Origin: an uncultured Arcobacteraceae bacterium
GTDB taxonomy: Bacteria; Campylobacterota; Campylobacteria; Campylobacterales; Arcobacteraceae
Length of the DNA stretch: 64,000 bases
NCBI GenBank assembly: GCA_964022095.1
Contig: CAXHZO010000012.1
Coordinates: forward strand, 1-64,000
Direction: 5' to 3'
Of the stretch, positions 49,678-58,566 are shown one piece after another (positions within the stretch are counted from its first letter, which is position 1; every line of letters starts with the position of its first letter). A model generated the notes under the pieces. The model did not search any database, was not told where the DNA came from, and saw nothing but the letters and a program-made list of their open reading frames with translations. The position numbers and the translations under genes were made by a program.

Positions 49678-50120
49678 TGAAAGTTACAAGAATAAAAAAA
49701 CTAATGATTTCAGGTCTTAGTACTATTACAAACAATGAACTAGAAATGAGTGAAGAAAACGGTAAGATCCCAACACTGTGGAATGATTACTTCGAAAAAG
49801 AGATTTATAAAAAGACTTTTAATAAAGCAAATAAAGATTATATGTATGGAGTATATAGTGATTATGAAAGTGATGTAAATGGAGATTATAAAATAACAGT
49901 TGGTGTGGAGGTTACAAAACCAAAAAATGCAATTGTTATTGAAGATAAAAAGTATTTAGTTTTTGATAAACAAGGTGATATTTCTGAAATTGTTATAGAT
50001 TTATGGAAAGAGATTTGGGACTATTTTGAAAAAGAGACTACATATGAAAGAGCTTATGGTGTTGATTTTGAAAAATATGTAGCCGAAGAAGAGATCGAAA
50101 TCTACATATCAATCAAATAA
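49677..50120 (+). CDS. GyrI-like small-molecule-binding protein
   Basis: GKIPTLW, YGVYSDYESD, W..IW.YF...RAY..DFEKY. Confidence 0.88.
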   Translation: MKVTRIKKLMISGLSTITNNELEMSEENGKIPTLWNDYFEKEIYKKTFNKANKDYMYGVYSDYESDVNGDYKITVGVEVTKPKNAIVIEDKKYLVFDKQGDISEIVIDLWKEIWDYFEKETTYERAYGVDFEKYVAEEEIEIYISIK

Positions 50121-50870
50121 TAAAGGATTTTCGTATTTATATTTAAATCCTAATTTTGTGATCTTACTACCGTCAATAATTCTATTTTTTTTAGATATGT
50201 CTAAAAAAATAGAAGGTTCAAAATTATGTTTAATACTGTTGTTTTTATAAACTTCTTTTTTTGTTGGAGTTATTGAAGCTGTGAGGTTAAATACTCCATT
50301 TATATTATTTTGGATTACAAAATTCGTAGCTGATATTATATCATCTCTGTGAATATGATTTACTAAAGAGTTACTATCTTTTACTTCTTTTGCTGATAGT
50401 CTTTTACCTGCAATTCTATTCCCTCCAATTAAGCCTGAACATCTAAATATAACATCTGTTTTATCTTTTATAGCTATTTCTGCATCAAATACTTTTTGAG
50501 AAGTTGGAGTATTTATAACACTATTTTCATCATATACTCCATCTTCTTTTGGGTAAACAGATGTTGAACTTATGAAAAAGATTTTTTCTATATCTTTTAT
50601 CTTTTCATATGAGTAAATAGTATTTAAAAACTCAACATAGTTATCAAATTTTGATGGAGGAAAATTTATAAACAGATAATTACAATCTAAAAGCTTATCT
50701 AAATTATTTGTCTGTTTTTCATTTAAAACATATGTTTCAAAGCCTAACTCTTCGTAAAAAGAGATTTTCTCTTTTGTTCTTGAAGAGACTTTTATTTTGT
50801 ATTGATTTTGTAAAGATTTAGCTAGTTCTAATCCTAACCAACCAGTTCCTAGTATTGTAAATGTTTTCAT
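50109..50870 (-). CDS. NAD(P)-dependent epimerase/oxidoreductase (YeeZ-like)
   Basis: ILGTGWLG, FISSTSVY, VNHIHRDD. Confidence 0.9.
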   Translation of the reverse strand: MKTFTILGTGWLGLELAKSLQNQYKIKVSSRTKEKISFYEELGFETYVLNEKQTNNLDKLLDCNYLFINFPPSKFDNYVEFLNTIYSYEKIKDIEKIFFISSTSVYPKEDGVYDENSVINTPTSQKVFDAEIAIKDKTDVIFRCSGLIGGNRIAGKRLSAKEVKDSNSLVNHIHRDDIISATNFVIQNNINGVFNLTASITPTKKEVYKNNSIKHNFEPSIFLDISKKNRIIDGSKITKLGFKYKYENPLLFD

Positions 50871-50945
50871 GATTTGATAATATCATAAATTAAACCTTTT
50901 TATAATTATGATATTATTAAAAATAAAAAATTATTAGGAAAAAAT

Positions 50946-51161
50946 ATGCCAATAATAAATGTAAAAATGACACATGAAGATGGTGGCGCTACAAAAGAGC
51001 AAAAAGAAGAGTTAGCAAAAGGTATAACAGAGCTTTTTGCAAAAGTATTTAATGGTAGAGGGGCTAAAAGTGCAGTTGTAGTAATAGAAGAAATCTCAAC
51101 TGATAATTATGCAATTGGTGGCGAAACTATTTCAAATATTAGAAAAAAAGTATCAAAGTAG
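50946..51161 (+). CDS. 4-oxalocrotonate tautomerase family protein
   Basis: N-terminal catalytic Pro (MPIINVK), TKEQKEEL, VVIEE...YAIGG. Confidence 0.93.
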   Translation: MPIINVKMTHEDGGATKEQKEELAKGITELFAKVFNGRGAKSAVVVIEEISTDNYAIGGETISNIRKKVSK

Positions 51162-51162
51162 T

Positions 51163-51792
51163 ATGTATTTAGAAAAGTTAAAAGATTTAGAATCAGAGTT
51201 TTTATATCAATATCCAGAAGGTTTTAAAGATGAACATTTTTTCCCTACAATGAAAAAATTTAAGCCTGAAAAACTTGAAGAGTTTGCAAAAGAGGCTTTA
51301 AAAAAAGAGAATTTTTCAAATCCAAACTTGATTGTTGAAGGCTTTTTTAAAACAGTTCAAAAATCAGTTATGGTTTCACTGTTTGATAAACTAAAATTAA
51401 AAGATGCCTTAGCTAGTTTAAATTCATATGAAAAAGATATGTTAAGTATCGAAATATATGAACTTTTATATGGAAACCAAAAAGAGGGCTTTGAGGGCTT
51501 AGTTGAGTTTCTAGAACAATATAAATTAGCTAAATGGACTATTGTTAGTATAGTTCCTTATAGTATAAATAGACAGACACAATATTTTATAAAACCAACA
51601 ACAACTAAAAATATAATCAAATACTTGGAGTTAAAAGATGTTGTGTATAAACCAAAACCAACTTATGAGTTTTATAAAAATTACACAGGATATTTAGATG
51701 AGATGAAAAAAGAAGTAAGTGATACTTTAACTTTCGATAATGCAGCATTTACAGCATTTTTTAAAATTGCAATTGAAATGTGTGAGGTTTGA
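51163..51792 (+). CDS. Conserved hypothetical protein; stop codon completed by the inserted element
   Basis: ATG 51163 just after the tautomerase stop; FLYQYPEGF, LAKWT, FIKPTTTK; TGA uses the first bases of the element. Confidence 0.8.
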   Translation: MYLEKLKDLESEFLYQYPEGFKDEHFFPTMKKFKPEKLEEFAKEALKKENFSNPNLIVEGFFKTVQKSVMVSLFDKLKLKDALASLNSYEKDMLSIEIYELLYGNQKEGFEGLVEFLEQYKLAKWTIVSIVPYSINRQTQYFIKPTTTKNIIKYLELKDVVYKPKPTYEFYKNYTGYLDEMKKEVSDTLTFDNAAFTAFFKIAIEMCEV

Positions 51793-52061
51793 GACTGTTC
51801 AGAGTTTTGTGTCAAAGTTTGATAGTCCTAGAGTTTTAGTATAGTTAATCTTATTAATCCTAATTTGTGCCAAAACTTACAGTTTGTTGAACTTTCTATT
51901 TTAACTTAGAATCTTTTAAATTCTGAGTATGAATTTAAATTACCACTCCAAATAAATAATGGCTCTTGGGGTAGACCTTATTCTGAAAATTAGAGTTTTT
52001 TAATTATGGTTCTTGATGTTAAGTGATTCTGCTATAAAATCAAATTTGAAAAAGGAAAAAA

Positions 52062-52478
52062 ATGGAATTACCATCAATAAATTTATTCTCTTTTATTTTT
52101 AATTTAAAAAAAGAAAAACCAAAAAATGGATATTTTTTAGAATTTAATAAAAAAGGATCTGAAAATTCTAGACATCATATATTTAAAGAGAACAAAGTGA
52201 TAGACTCAAGAATAGATTTAAAAAATATTTCTATGGGTGTTCTTTGGGGATACAATGGTGCTGGTCCAAGACAAGCTGCACTAGCAATACTAGCTGATTA
52301 TAAGAATGATGAATTTGCCTTAAAACATTATGAGCAGTTTGCTATTGATGTTATCAATAAATTAAAACATGATAGAAATGATTTTTTGAAATTTACTACT
52401 ATCCAAGATTGGATTGACAATGTTCATTTTACAGCTGATTATGCTGAATTAGAAGATGATAAAAGTGAGCAATGCTAA
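52062..52478 (+). CDS. DUF6166-like protein (cargo)
   Basis: WGYNGAGPRQAALAILAD resembles the WGYxGSGPAQLALA motif; AAGGA RBS. Confidence 0.65.
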   Translation: MELPSINLFSFIFNLKKEKPKNGYFLEFNKKGSENSRHHIFKENKVIDSRIDLKNISMGVLWGYNGAGPRQAALAILADYKNDEFALKHYEQFAIDVINKLKHDRNDFLKFTTIQDWIDNVHFTADYAELEDDKSEQC

Positions 52479-52636
52479 ATAAGTATTGGAAAGAAGGAAT
52501 TCTGGGAAGGGTATTCATATTTAATTACTTAGTCAATTTAGTAACGTGTCCTCGAAATTAAGTGTCTTAAAAATAATTAATCAAATATTTAAATAAATTA
52601 TTATATTATTAAATAAATTATTTCTAGGAAATTTAT

Positions 52637-53392
52637 TTGAAAAATGCAAAAAATAGAATATCAAGAGCAGAAAGAAAATTTATAGAATTAAAAAAATTTA
52701 TATTGAATAATCCCCCTTATATTTATACTTTTGAAGTTGACTTAAATAAAAAAGAATGTTGTACTTATGCAAAAGGTAATGAATCTAATATTGATGAAAT
52801 TAAAATGGAAATTGGAGATTTAATACATCAAATTAGAATTACTTTAGATAATGCATATTGGGATTGTGTTTCACCTTTTGTTAATGAAATTGAACATCGA
52901 AGTATTCAATTTCCAATTGGTAGAAGTAAAAGTGGTTATGAAAATAATCTTAAGAGTAGATTGGCTGCAAAAGTTAGTGATGATTTTTTTAATAAAATGA
53001 AAAGAATAAAAGCATATCCAGATGAAGATGGAAATAAAATTTTATGTTTAATTAATGAACTTGATATAACAGATAAACATAAATTCCCTAATCCAATTAT
53101 TGATTATACCACTGTATCAACTTCTCAATTAAAAGAACAAATCAATAATTTTCCTGAAAATATAAATATTGATAATATGATTATTAGTAATTGCCATAGA
53201 CATATATGTTGGAGTATTAATAATTACCAAATTACTAAAGAATTTATATCCATACCACCTACAACATTTCTATATGAAAAGGAATTAAATATAAATATTG
53301 GAATTAATATTAAAGATGGATTACCATTATTAGAAACTTTACATAAAATGATTAATGAAGTAAAAAACACTATTTCAATATTATCTGAGTAG
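52637..53392 (+). CDS. Hypothetical protein, possibly HEPN-like (cargo)
   Basis: GDLIHQIRITLD...QFPI...LINELDITDKHK pattern; TTG start after AGGA. Confidence 0.6.
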   Translation: MKNAKNRISRAERKFIELKKFILNNPPYIYTFEVDLNKKECCTYAKGNESNIDEIKMEIGDLIHQIRITLDNAYWDCVSPFVNEIEHRSIQFPIGRSKSGYENNLKSRLAAKVSDDFFNKMKRIKAYPDEDGNKILCLINELDITDKHKFPNPIIDYTTVSTSQLKEQINNFPENINIDNMIISNCHRHICWSINNYQITKEFISIPPTTFLYEKELNINIGINIKDGLPLLETLHKMINEVKNTISILSE

Positions 53393-53447
53393 CATACTAG
53401 TATATATATGTTTGAAACAATAAAAAATATATTTAAAAGGAACTAAT

Positions 53448-54317
53448 ATGAAAAGAGGAATTGTAGCGACACCTGGAATTTTACATAAATTACCTCAGGG
53501 TATTCAAATGGAAAGAAGTTTAAATTTTGATGAACTTAAATATTACATATTATATTTTAATAAAGTAGTGATTCCTTCTAATAATGGTTTATATATTGGG
53601 CTACCCAATGAGAAAGAGTTAATCGAATCTAATCTTATTAAAAGACCAAACTATAATGTTTCAGGATTAATAGATTATGCATTATTAACAAAAATACAGA
53701 CTACTGAATTAGAAAGATTACAAAAAATAAATGATAATACTTACTGGAATTTACATCAAATAGGTGGAGACTCAATTATTGCCTCTAATGAAGATCTTGT
53801 AAGAAAAGAAACAATAAAATTTAAGTTATTAAATGTTCTTCCAGTTCCTTCAGAAGATGTGAGTATTGATGAGCTTTCAATATTTAAAGAAAAGAGAAGT
53901 GACGAATTTAATTCACTACATGAAACAATTGATAATCTTTATCTTGATATATTAAAATCTCCGGATCAAGTATTCTCTGAAAGAAAAATAATAATTCAAC
54001 TTCAGAATGATATTGGAAATATTCAAAAGGTTTCATCAGAGAAATGGAAAATCTTTAAAGGATATAGTTTGGATTATGACTTTACAATAGCTACTGAATT
54101 ATCAACTTCAGGATTAATTGCAGGTGGTGGGGCAGGATATGTATTTGATCAAGCTCTTTTTGGTACGACATTTCCAATAGGTACAATTATAGGAGCAGCT
54201 GTTAAGGGTATTGATATTAAAGTATTACCTAGCATGACATTAAAAAAAGAGACTCCAAACCACCAATTATCATATATATCGCATGGAATTAAGAATGGAA
54301 TTATAAAGACTGTTTAA
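53448..54317 (+). CDS. DUF6236-like protein (cargo)
   Basis: ELKYYILYFNKVVIP, LNVLPVPSEDVSIDELSIFKEKRSDE; Gly-rich hydrophobic C-terminal hairpin. Confidence 0.65.
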   Translation: MKRGIVATPGILHKLPQGIQMERSLNFDELKYYILYFNKVVIPSNNGLYIGLPNEKELIESNLIKRPNYNVSGLIDYALLTKIQTTELERLQKINDNTYWNLHQIGGDSIIASNEDLVRKETIKFKLLNVLPVPSEDVSIDELSIFKEKRSDEFNSLHETIDNLYLDILKSPDQVFSERKIIIQLQNDIGNIQKVSSEKWKIFKGYSLDYDFTIATELSTSGLIAGGGAGYVFDQALFGTTFPIGTIIGAAVKGIDIKVLPSMTLKKETPNHQLSYISHGIKNGIIKTV

Positions 54318-54613
54318 TTTAAACTAAAGAGTCTGAATATCATTAAATCAAAAATGATAAAGGAATCTAGTTACGGTACTTAATAGAAAAGAGGAGTATA
54401 TACTATATAGATATATTTCATTACTCATAATACATGAATCTAATGACTAAAATCATGTCCAATTTTTTACTTAAAGGAATAAGAACAAAGAATATAGCTA
54501 GATATAAAAGCTTTTATTTCTTTATTTTACAGTAATTAGAGAAAGGAATGTATTATCATAATAGACACGTATGTTAATCTTCCAAGTTACAGCAATTTCT
54601 TGATTCAATTTAA

Positions 54614-54641
54614 TGTTCTAAAACCACTAGTTTTTAGAACA
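54614..54641. repeat. 28-bp palindrome (res site I-like, or a terminator)
   Basis: TGTTCTAAAA-CCACTAGT-TTTTAGAACA with perfect 10-bp arms. Confidence 0.5.
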
Positions 54642-54730
54642 CAAACACTTATTAGTATTTTATGTTCAATAAAGTGTTCAAAATGCAAAAATCTTAATTC
54701 CCACAAAGCCTTAAGAGTTTTTGAATACTT

Positions 54731-54893
54731 TTAAAACAAACTCTTACACTCAACTTCCTGATCTCTTAGCTTATTTCCTTTGGTCTTAAGTCCAATAGTA
54801 TTCTCATAGTAGGAACACCTCTCATACTTCTTCTCTTTGTTAAGTAGGATCTTCCAGAAGCCACTAGGAACAGATATCTTATTTCTTCCTATG
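54731..54893 (-). pseudogene. C-terminal fragment of a DNA/RNA non-specific endonuclease
   Basis: IGRNKISVPSGFWKIL...C.YYEN resembles the C-terminus of beta-beta-alpha-Me non-specific nucleases; abuts the truncated transposase. Confidence 0.6.
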
Positions 54894-55280
54894 CAAATGG
54901 ATAAATTGACTCTAATGGTCTTTGTTTCCATTCTTTGAGTAATGGTATAACCTTATCTGTAAAATCACTTATTGTTGCTTTTGAAAATTTCATACCAAAT
55001 TTTTCAATGTGTTCAGCTATTTGGCTATAACTATTACCTAAAGCATATAAAGATAAAATCTTTTGTTCTATATGATCTGACATATGGGTTTGGTGTTTTT
55101 TAACAATATGAGGTTCGTAAGATCCCCTTCCTGTCTCTTGGAACTTCTAACTCAATTCACCAACACTACTTTTCATAGTTTTTAAAGATTTACCATTCTT
55201 TCTATTTTTATTTATCTCAGAAGTTAGATGAGATTTTAACTCTGCTTCTAATGCAGCTTTAATTCATTCAAGTGCATCTG
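54889..55280 (-). pseudogene. IS256-family transposase, 5' remnant with frameshifts
   Basis: AALEAEL.SHL...NRKNG...VPRDR...EP.IVKKHQ...ILSLYALG.S...I...FTDKV...EWKQRPLESIYP; DDE core missing. Confidence 0.92.
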
Positions 55281-55340
55281 TTCAATCCTTTAGAATAAAT
55301 TATATAAGACTGACACAAAATTTCTAACACTCCCTGAGGT

Positions 55341-56696
55341 TTAGTTTTTACACTCCTTACATACTTTTGCAAACTCTTTTATAGCTTGTATTATTTCATC
55401 TTCTTTAAATCCACCAAATCCCATAGCATATAAATCATCTTTTCTATTATATATTTTTATATTTACTTTTTGAGTTTCTTTTAAAAGTAATTCTTTATTA
55501 ATATTACTATTTAATTTTATAAGGATATTTAAGCCACTTCCTTCTCTTATGATTTCCATTTCATCTTTTAACTCTTTTTTTAAAGACTCTTTCATTAGAT
55601 TGTGTTTTTTTCTATTTAGAGTTCTTACTTTTCTTATATGTTTGATAAAATACTCTTCTTTTAAAAATAGCTCTAATGTTTTTTGTATATCAATAGAAAT
55701 ACCTGAAAATGGATAGTCAAAACACTCTTTGTATTTTGAAATTAAGCTTTTTGGTAATATTAAGTATCCCACTCTTAGAGCTGGAGAAAATGATTTTGAG
55801 ACAGTTCCAAAATATATTACTCTATCATTATTGTTTATTCCTTGAAGGGCAGGAATTGGTTTGTTGTAATAACTTAATTCACTATCATAGTCATCTTCTA
55901 TTATATAGCTATTTGTTTTTTGTGCCCATTGAAGGATTTTTATTCTATTTGCTATTGGTATTGTAACACCAGTTATATATTGATGTGCAGGAGTTAGATA
56001 TATTAGTTTTGATTTGATTTTTTCAAGGTCATTTAAATCTATTCCTTGTTTTGTCATTGAAAGGTACTTTATATCATAAGACATTTGTGTAAATACTTTT
56101 TTTGCAACCCTATAAATATCCCCTTCAATAGCAATACTACTTGTAAAGTCTTTTAATAATAAAGAAACAATAAACATTGCATCTGAAAAACCACTACAAA
56201 GAACTATTTGATCTTCACTACAATTAACTCCCCTTGAAGACCTTAAATATTTTTTTAACTCAATTCTTAATGATTCTAATCCTTGTGTATTTACATATGA
56301 GCCAAAATCAATATCTTCTTTTAATACTTTGTTATAAACTTTATTCCATGCTTTTATAGGAAAAGTATCGCTACTTAGTTTTGCTGGATAAAAATCATAT
56401 TTATATTTTTTAGTACTTGTATTTTTGTTTTGTTCATCAATAGGTTTAGTTAAGTCTTGATATAAATCTTCACTTACATAATAACCTTTTTGAGCAATAC
56501 TATCTATGTACCCTTCTGCATATAGTTGATTATAAGCATTTTGTACAGTATTTTTACTAAGATTATATTCATTTGCTAAAGTTCTAATAGAAGGTAGTTT
56601 TTCTCCAGCTTTTCTTGTGCCATCTTTTATTCTTTCTTTTATTTGTTCATACAATTGAATATAAAGTGGTATGTCAGATTTTATAAATTTATACAT
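55341..56696 (-). CDS. MocR/PdxR-family PLP-dependent regulator (GntR HTH plus aminotransferase domain)
   Basis: PLYIQLY, KLPSIRTLA, YNQLYAEGY, IEDDYDSE, GTVSKS; ATG 56696 preferred over 56738. Confidence 0.95.
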   Translation of the reverse strand: MYKFIKSDIPLYIQLYEQIKERIKDGTRKAGEKLPSIRTLANEYNLSKNTVQNAYNQLYAEGYIDSIAQKGYYVSEDLYQDLTKPIDEQNKNTSTKKYKYDFYPAKLSSDTFPIKAWNKVYNKVLKEDIDFGSYVNTQGLESLRIELKKYLRSSRGVNCSEDQIVLCSGFSDAMFIVSLLLKDFTSSIAIEGDIYRVAKKVFTQMSYDIKYLSMTKQGIDLNDLEKIKSKLIYLTPAHQYITGVTIPIANRIKILQWAQKTNSYIIEDDYDSELSYYNKPIPALQGINNNDRVIYFGTVSKSFSPALRVGYLILPKSLISKYKECFDYPFSGISIDIQKTLELFLKEEYFIKHIRKVRTLNRKKHNLMKESLKKELKDEMEIIREGSGLNILIKLNSNINKELLLKETQKVNIKIYNRKDDLYAMGFGGFKEDEIIQAIKEFAKVCKECKN

Positions 56697-56785
56697 AACT
56701 GTCCCTATAAAAAATTTATTTTTTGTATCTTGTGGCAAGTACAGTTTAATGATATAGTACCATAATTATTTAAAAAGGAGCTAGA

Positions 56786-57388
56786 ATGTTATTTCTTGGT
56801 ATGACAAAAAATAAAGAGCTAATAGAAGAAGTTTTAACAGAAGTTGAGTATGGAACACTTGCTTTATGTAAAGATAATATTCCATATAGTCTTCCTATAA
56901 ATTTTATATATGAAAAGGGTGCTATATATTTTCATGGTTCAAAAAAAGGTAAGAAAAAAGAGTATATAAATAATAATAAATATGCCTCTTTTAGTATTGT
57001 TGAACCATACTCTGTGATACAATCATATTTTAGTAGTGATAGTGAATTGTCTTGTCCTGCAACACATTTTTTTAGATCTGTTAGTTGTGATGGTCTTATG
57101 ATTATAGTTCAAGATTATGATGAAAAAGTAAAAGCACTAGAACTTTTAATGAAAAAATTACAACCAGAAGGTAAATATATACCTATGGAAAATAAAGAAA
57201 TATATGAAAAAAAGATAAATGGTGTTGAAGTTTTTAAACTAAATATAGAAAATATCAGTGGGAAATTAAAATTAGGTCAAAACCTACCTAAAAAGAGATT
57301 TGAAATGGTTTTAAACTACCTTGAAAAAAGAGGTTATGATATAGATAGACAAACTATTTCAAAAATGAAGGAGTATAGAAATGATTAA
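56786..57388 (+). CDS. Pyridoxamine 5'-phosphate oxidase-like flavin-binding protein
   Basis: YGTLAL...PYSLP...IYFHGSKKGKK, FRSV, GKLKLGQ; divergent from the MocR regulator. Confidence 0.88.
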   Translation: MLFLGMTKNKELIEEVLTEVEYGTLALCKDNIPYSLPINFIYEKGAIYFHGSKKGKKKEYINNNKYASFSIVEPYSVIQSYFSSDSELSCPATHFFRSVSCDGLMIIVQDYDEKVKALELLMKKLQPEGKYIPMENKEIYEKKINGVEVFKLNIENISGKLKLGQNLPKKRFEMVLNYLEKRGYDIDRQTISKMKEYRND

Positions 57389-57947
57389 ATATAAAATTGC
57401 AGATCTTAGTGATATAGATGATGTATTAAAACTACATAAAAGATATCAAGTTGATACTATTAATGAAGAAGATAAAAAAGATGGTTTTATTACAACTTCA
57501 TTTTCTAAAGAGTTACTTGAAAAATTAATTAATGAAGAGCAAGGTCTTTTTATAGCAAAAAAAGATGATAATATAGTTGCTTATGCGATGAGTGCTTCAT
57601 GGCAGTTTTGGTCTATTTGGCCAATGTTTGTACATATGATTAATGATTTAGAAAATTTAAACTATTTAGGTCAAAAACTTACTGTGGAAAACTCTTATCA
57701 ATACGGTCCAGTTTGCGTGGATAAAGAAGTTAGAGGGAAGGGGATATTGGAAGATTTATTTGATTTTGCAAGAGTTGAAATGAATAAAAGATATCCTATT
57801 TTAGTAACATTTATAAACAAAATTAATCCAAGATCATATGAGGCTCACACTAGAAAACTAGGATTAGAAGTTATTCAAGAGTTTGAGTTTAACAATAACA
57901 ATTACTATGAATTAGTTTATGACACATCAAAAAGTAAAATATTGTAA
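57381..57947 (+). CDS. GNAT-family acetyltransferase
   Basis: YQYGPVCVDKEVRGKG, NPRSYEAH. Confidence 0.85.
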   Translation: MIKYKIADLSDIDDVLKLHKRYQVDTINEEDKKDGFITTSFSKELLEKLINEEQGLFIAKKDDNIVAYAMSASWQFWSIWPMFVHMINDLENLNYLGQKLTVENSYQYGPVCVDKEVRGKGILEDLFDFARVEMNKRYPILVTFINKINPRSYEAHTRKLGLEVIQEFEFNNNNYYELVYDTSKSKIL

Positions 57948-57951
57948 GGGG

Positions 57952-57981
57952 ATCAAATCTTAACAATAGTTAAGATTTGAT
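57952..57981. terminator. Hairpin between convergent genes (bidirectional terminator)
   Basis: ATCAAATCTTAAC-AATA-GTTAAGATTTGAT perfect 13-bp stem. Confidence 0.75.
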
Positions 57982-57988
57982 TATAATT

Positions 57989-58408
57989 TTATTTTTTATC
58001 TACACTTAATTTACCTGCTCCAATAAACATCAATGCAATTGCTGATAACATGAATAATAATGGCAATTCTATAGCTAATCCACCAGTCTTATCATTTATT
58101 GATAGTATTTCTGAAGAGTGTACTAAATAAATAGCAAATGCCATAGTTGATGCAAATATTAGACTACTAATTCTTGTATACAATCCTATTATTAACATAA
58201 TTGGTATAATGATTTCTCCTAAATAAACTCCATAAGCTAAAAATTCTGGTAATCCATTATTTACAACTAAAGCTTTTATACCATCAATTCCATGAGTAGC
58301 TTTACTAACTCCATGAAATAGCATTAAAAAACCAAGTGTTAGTCTAAGTATAAGTTTTCCTAAATCAGGGCATAGTATTTGACCTAAAAAATTTTCTATT
58401 TTATTCAT
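57989..58408 (-). CDS. DoxX family membrane protein
   Basis: LILRLTLG.LMLFHG..K, GLYTR, GAGKLSVD. Confidence 0.92.
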   Translation of the reverse strand: MNKIENFLGQILCPDLGKLILRLTLGFLMLFHGVSKATHGIDGIKALVVNNGLPEFLAYGVYLGEIIIPIMLIIGLYTRISSLIFASTMAFAIYLVHSSEILSINDKTGGLAIELPLLFMLSAIALMFIGAGKLSVDKK

Positions 58409-58566
58409 TTTTTCTCATCCTTTATAATAAGTATTATCATTATAGTAAAATAAATTTAAAAAGATATTACTAATTAGTATAATAATTAATATTTTTTTAA
58501 TTATGAAACTAGACAAAAAGTAAAGTTATTGTATAATGGTACCTATTATAAAAGTAAAGGAACTTA

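Larger units (their letters stand above)
51791..55334 (-). mobile_element. IS256-derived non-autonomous cargo transposon (3544 bp) with 8-bp target-site duplication
   Basis: Ends GAGACTGTTCAGAGTTTTGTGTCA and revcomp GGGAGTGTTAGAAATTTTGTGTCA (18/24 identical); TGAGGTTT at both 51783-51790 and 55335-55342; IS256 transposase remnant inside. Confidence 0.9.

Noticed and set aside
54643-54670. XerC/D dif site (TTATGTTCAAT resembles the XerD arm)
   Set aside because: The XerC-side arm lacks the ATAA end, and Campylobacterota typically use XerH/difH.
54731-54931. 66-aa ORF as an intact gene
   Set aside because: Its first ~12 codons are off-frame transposase sequence; only the 3' part is a nuclease remnant.
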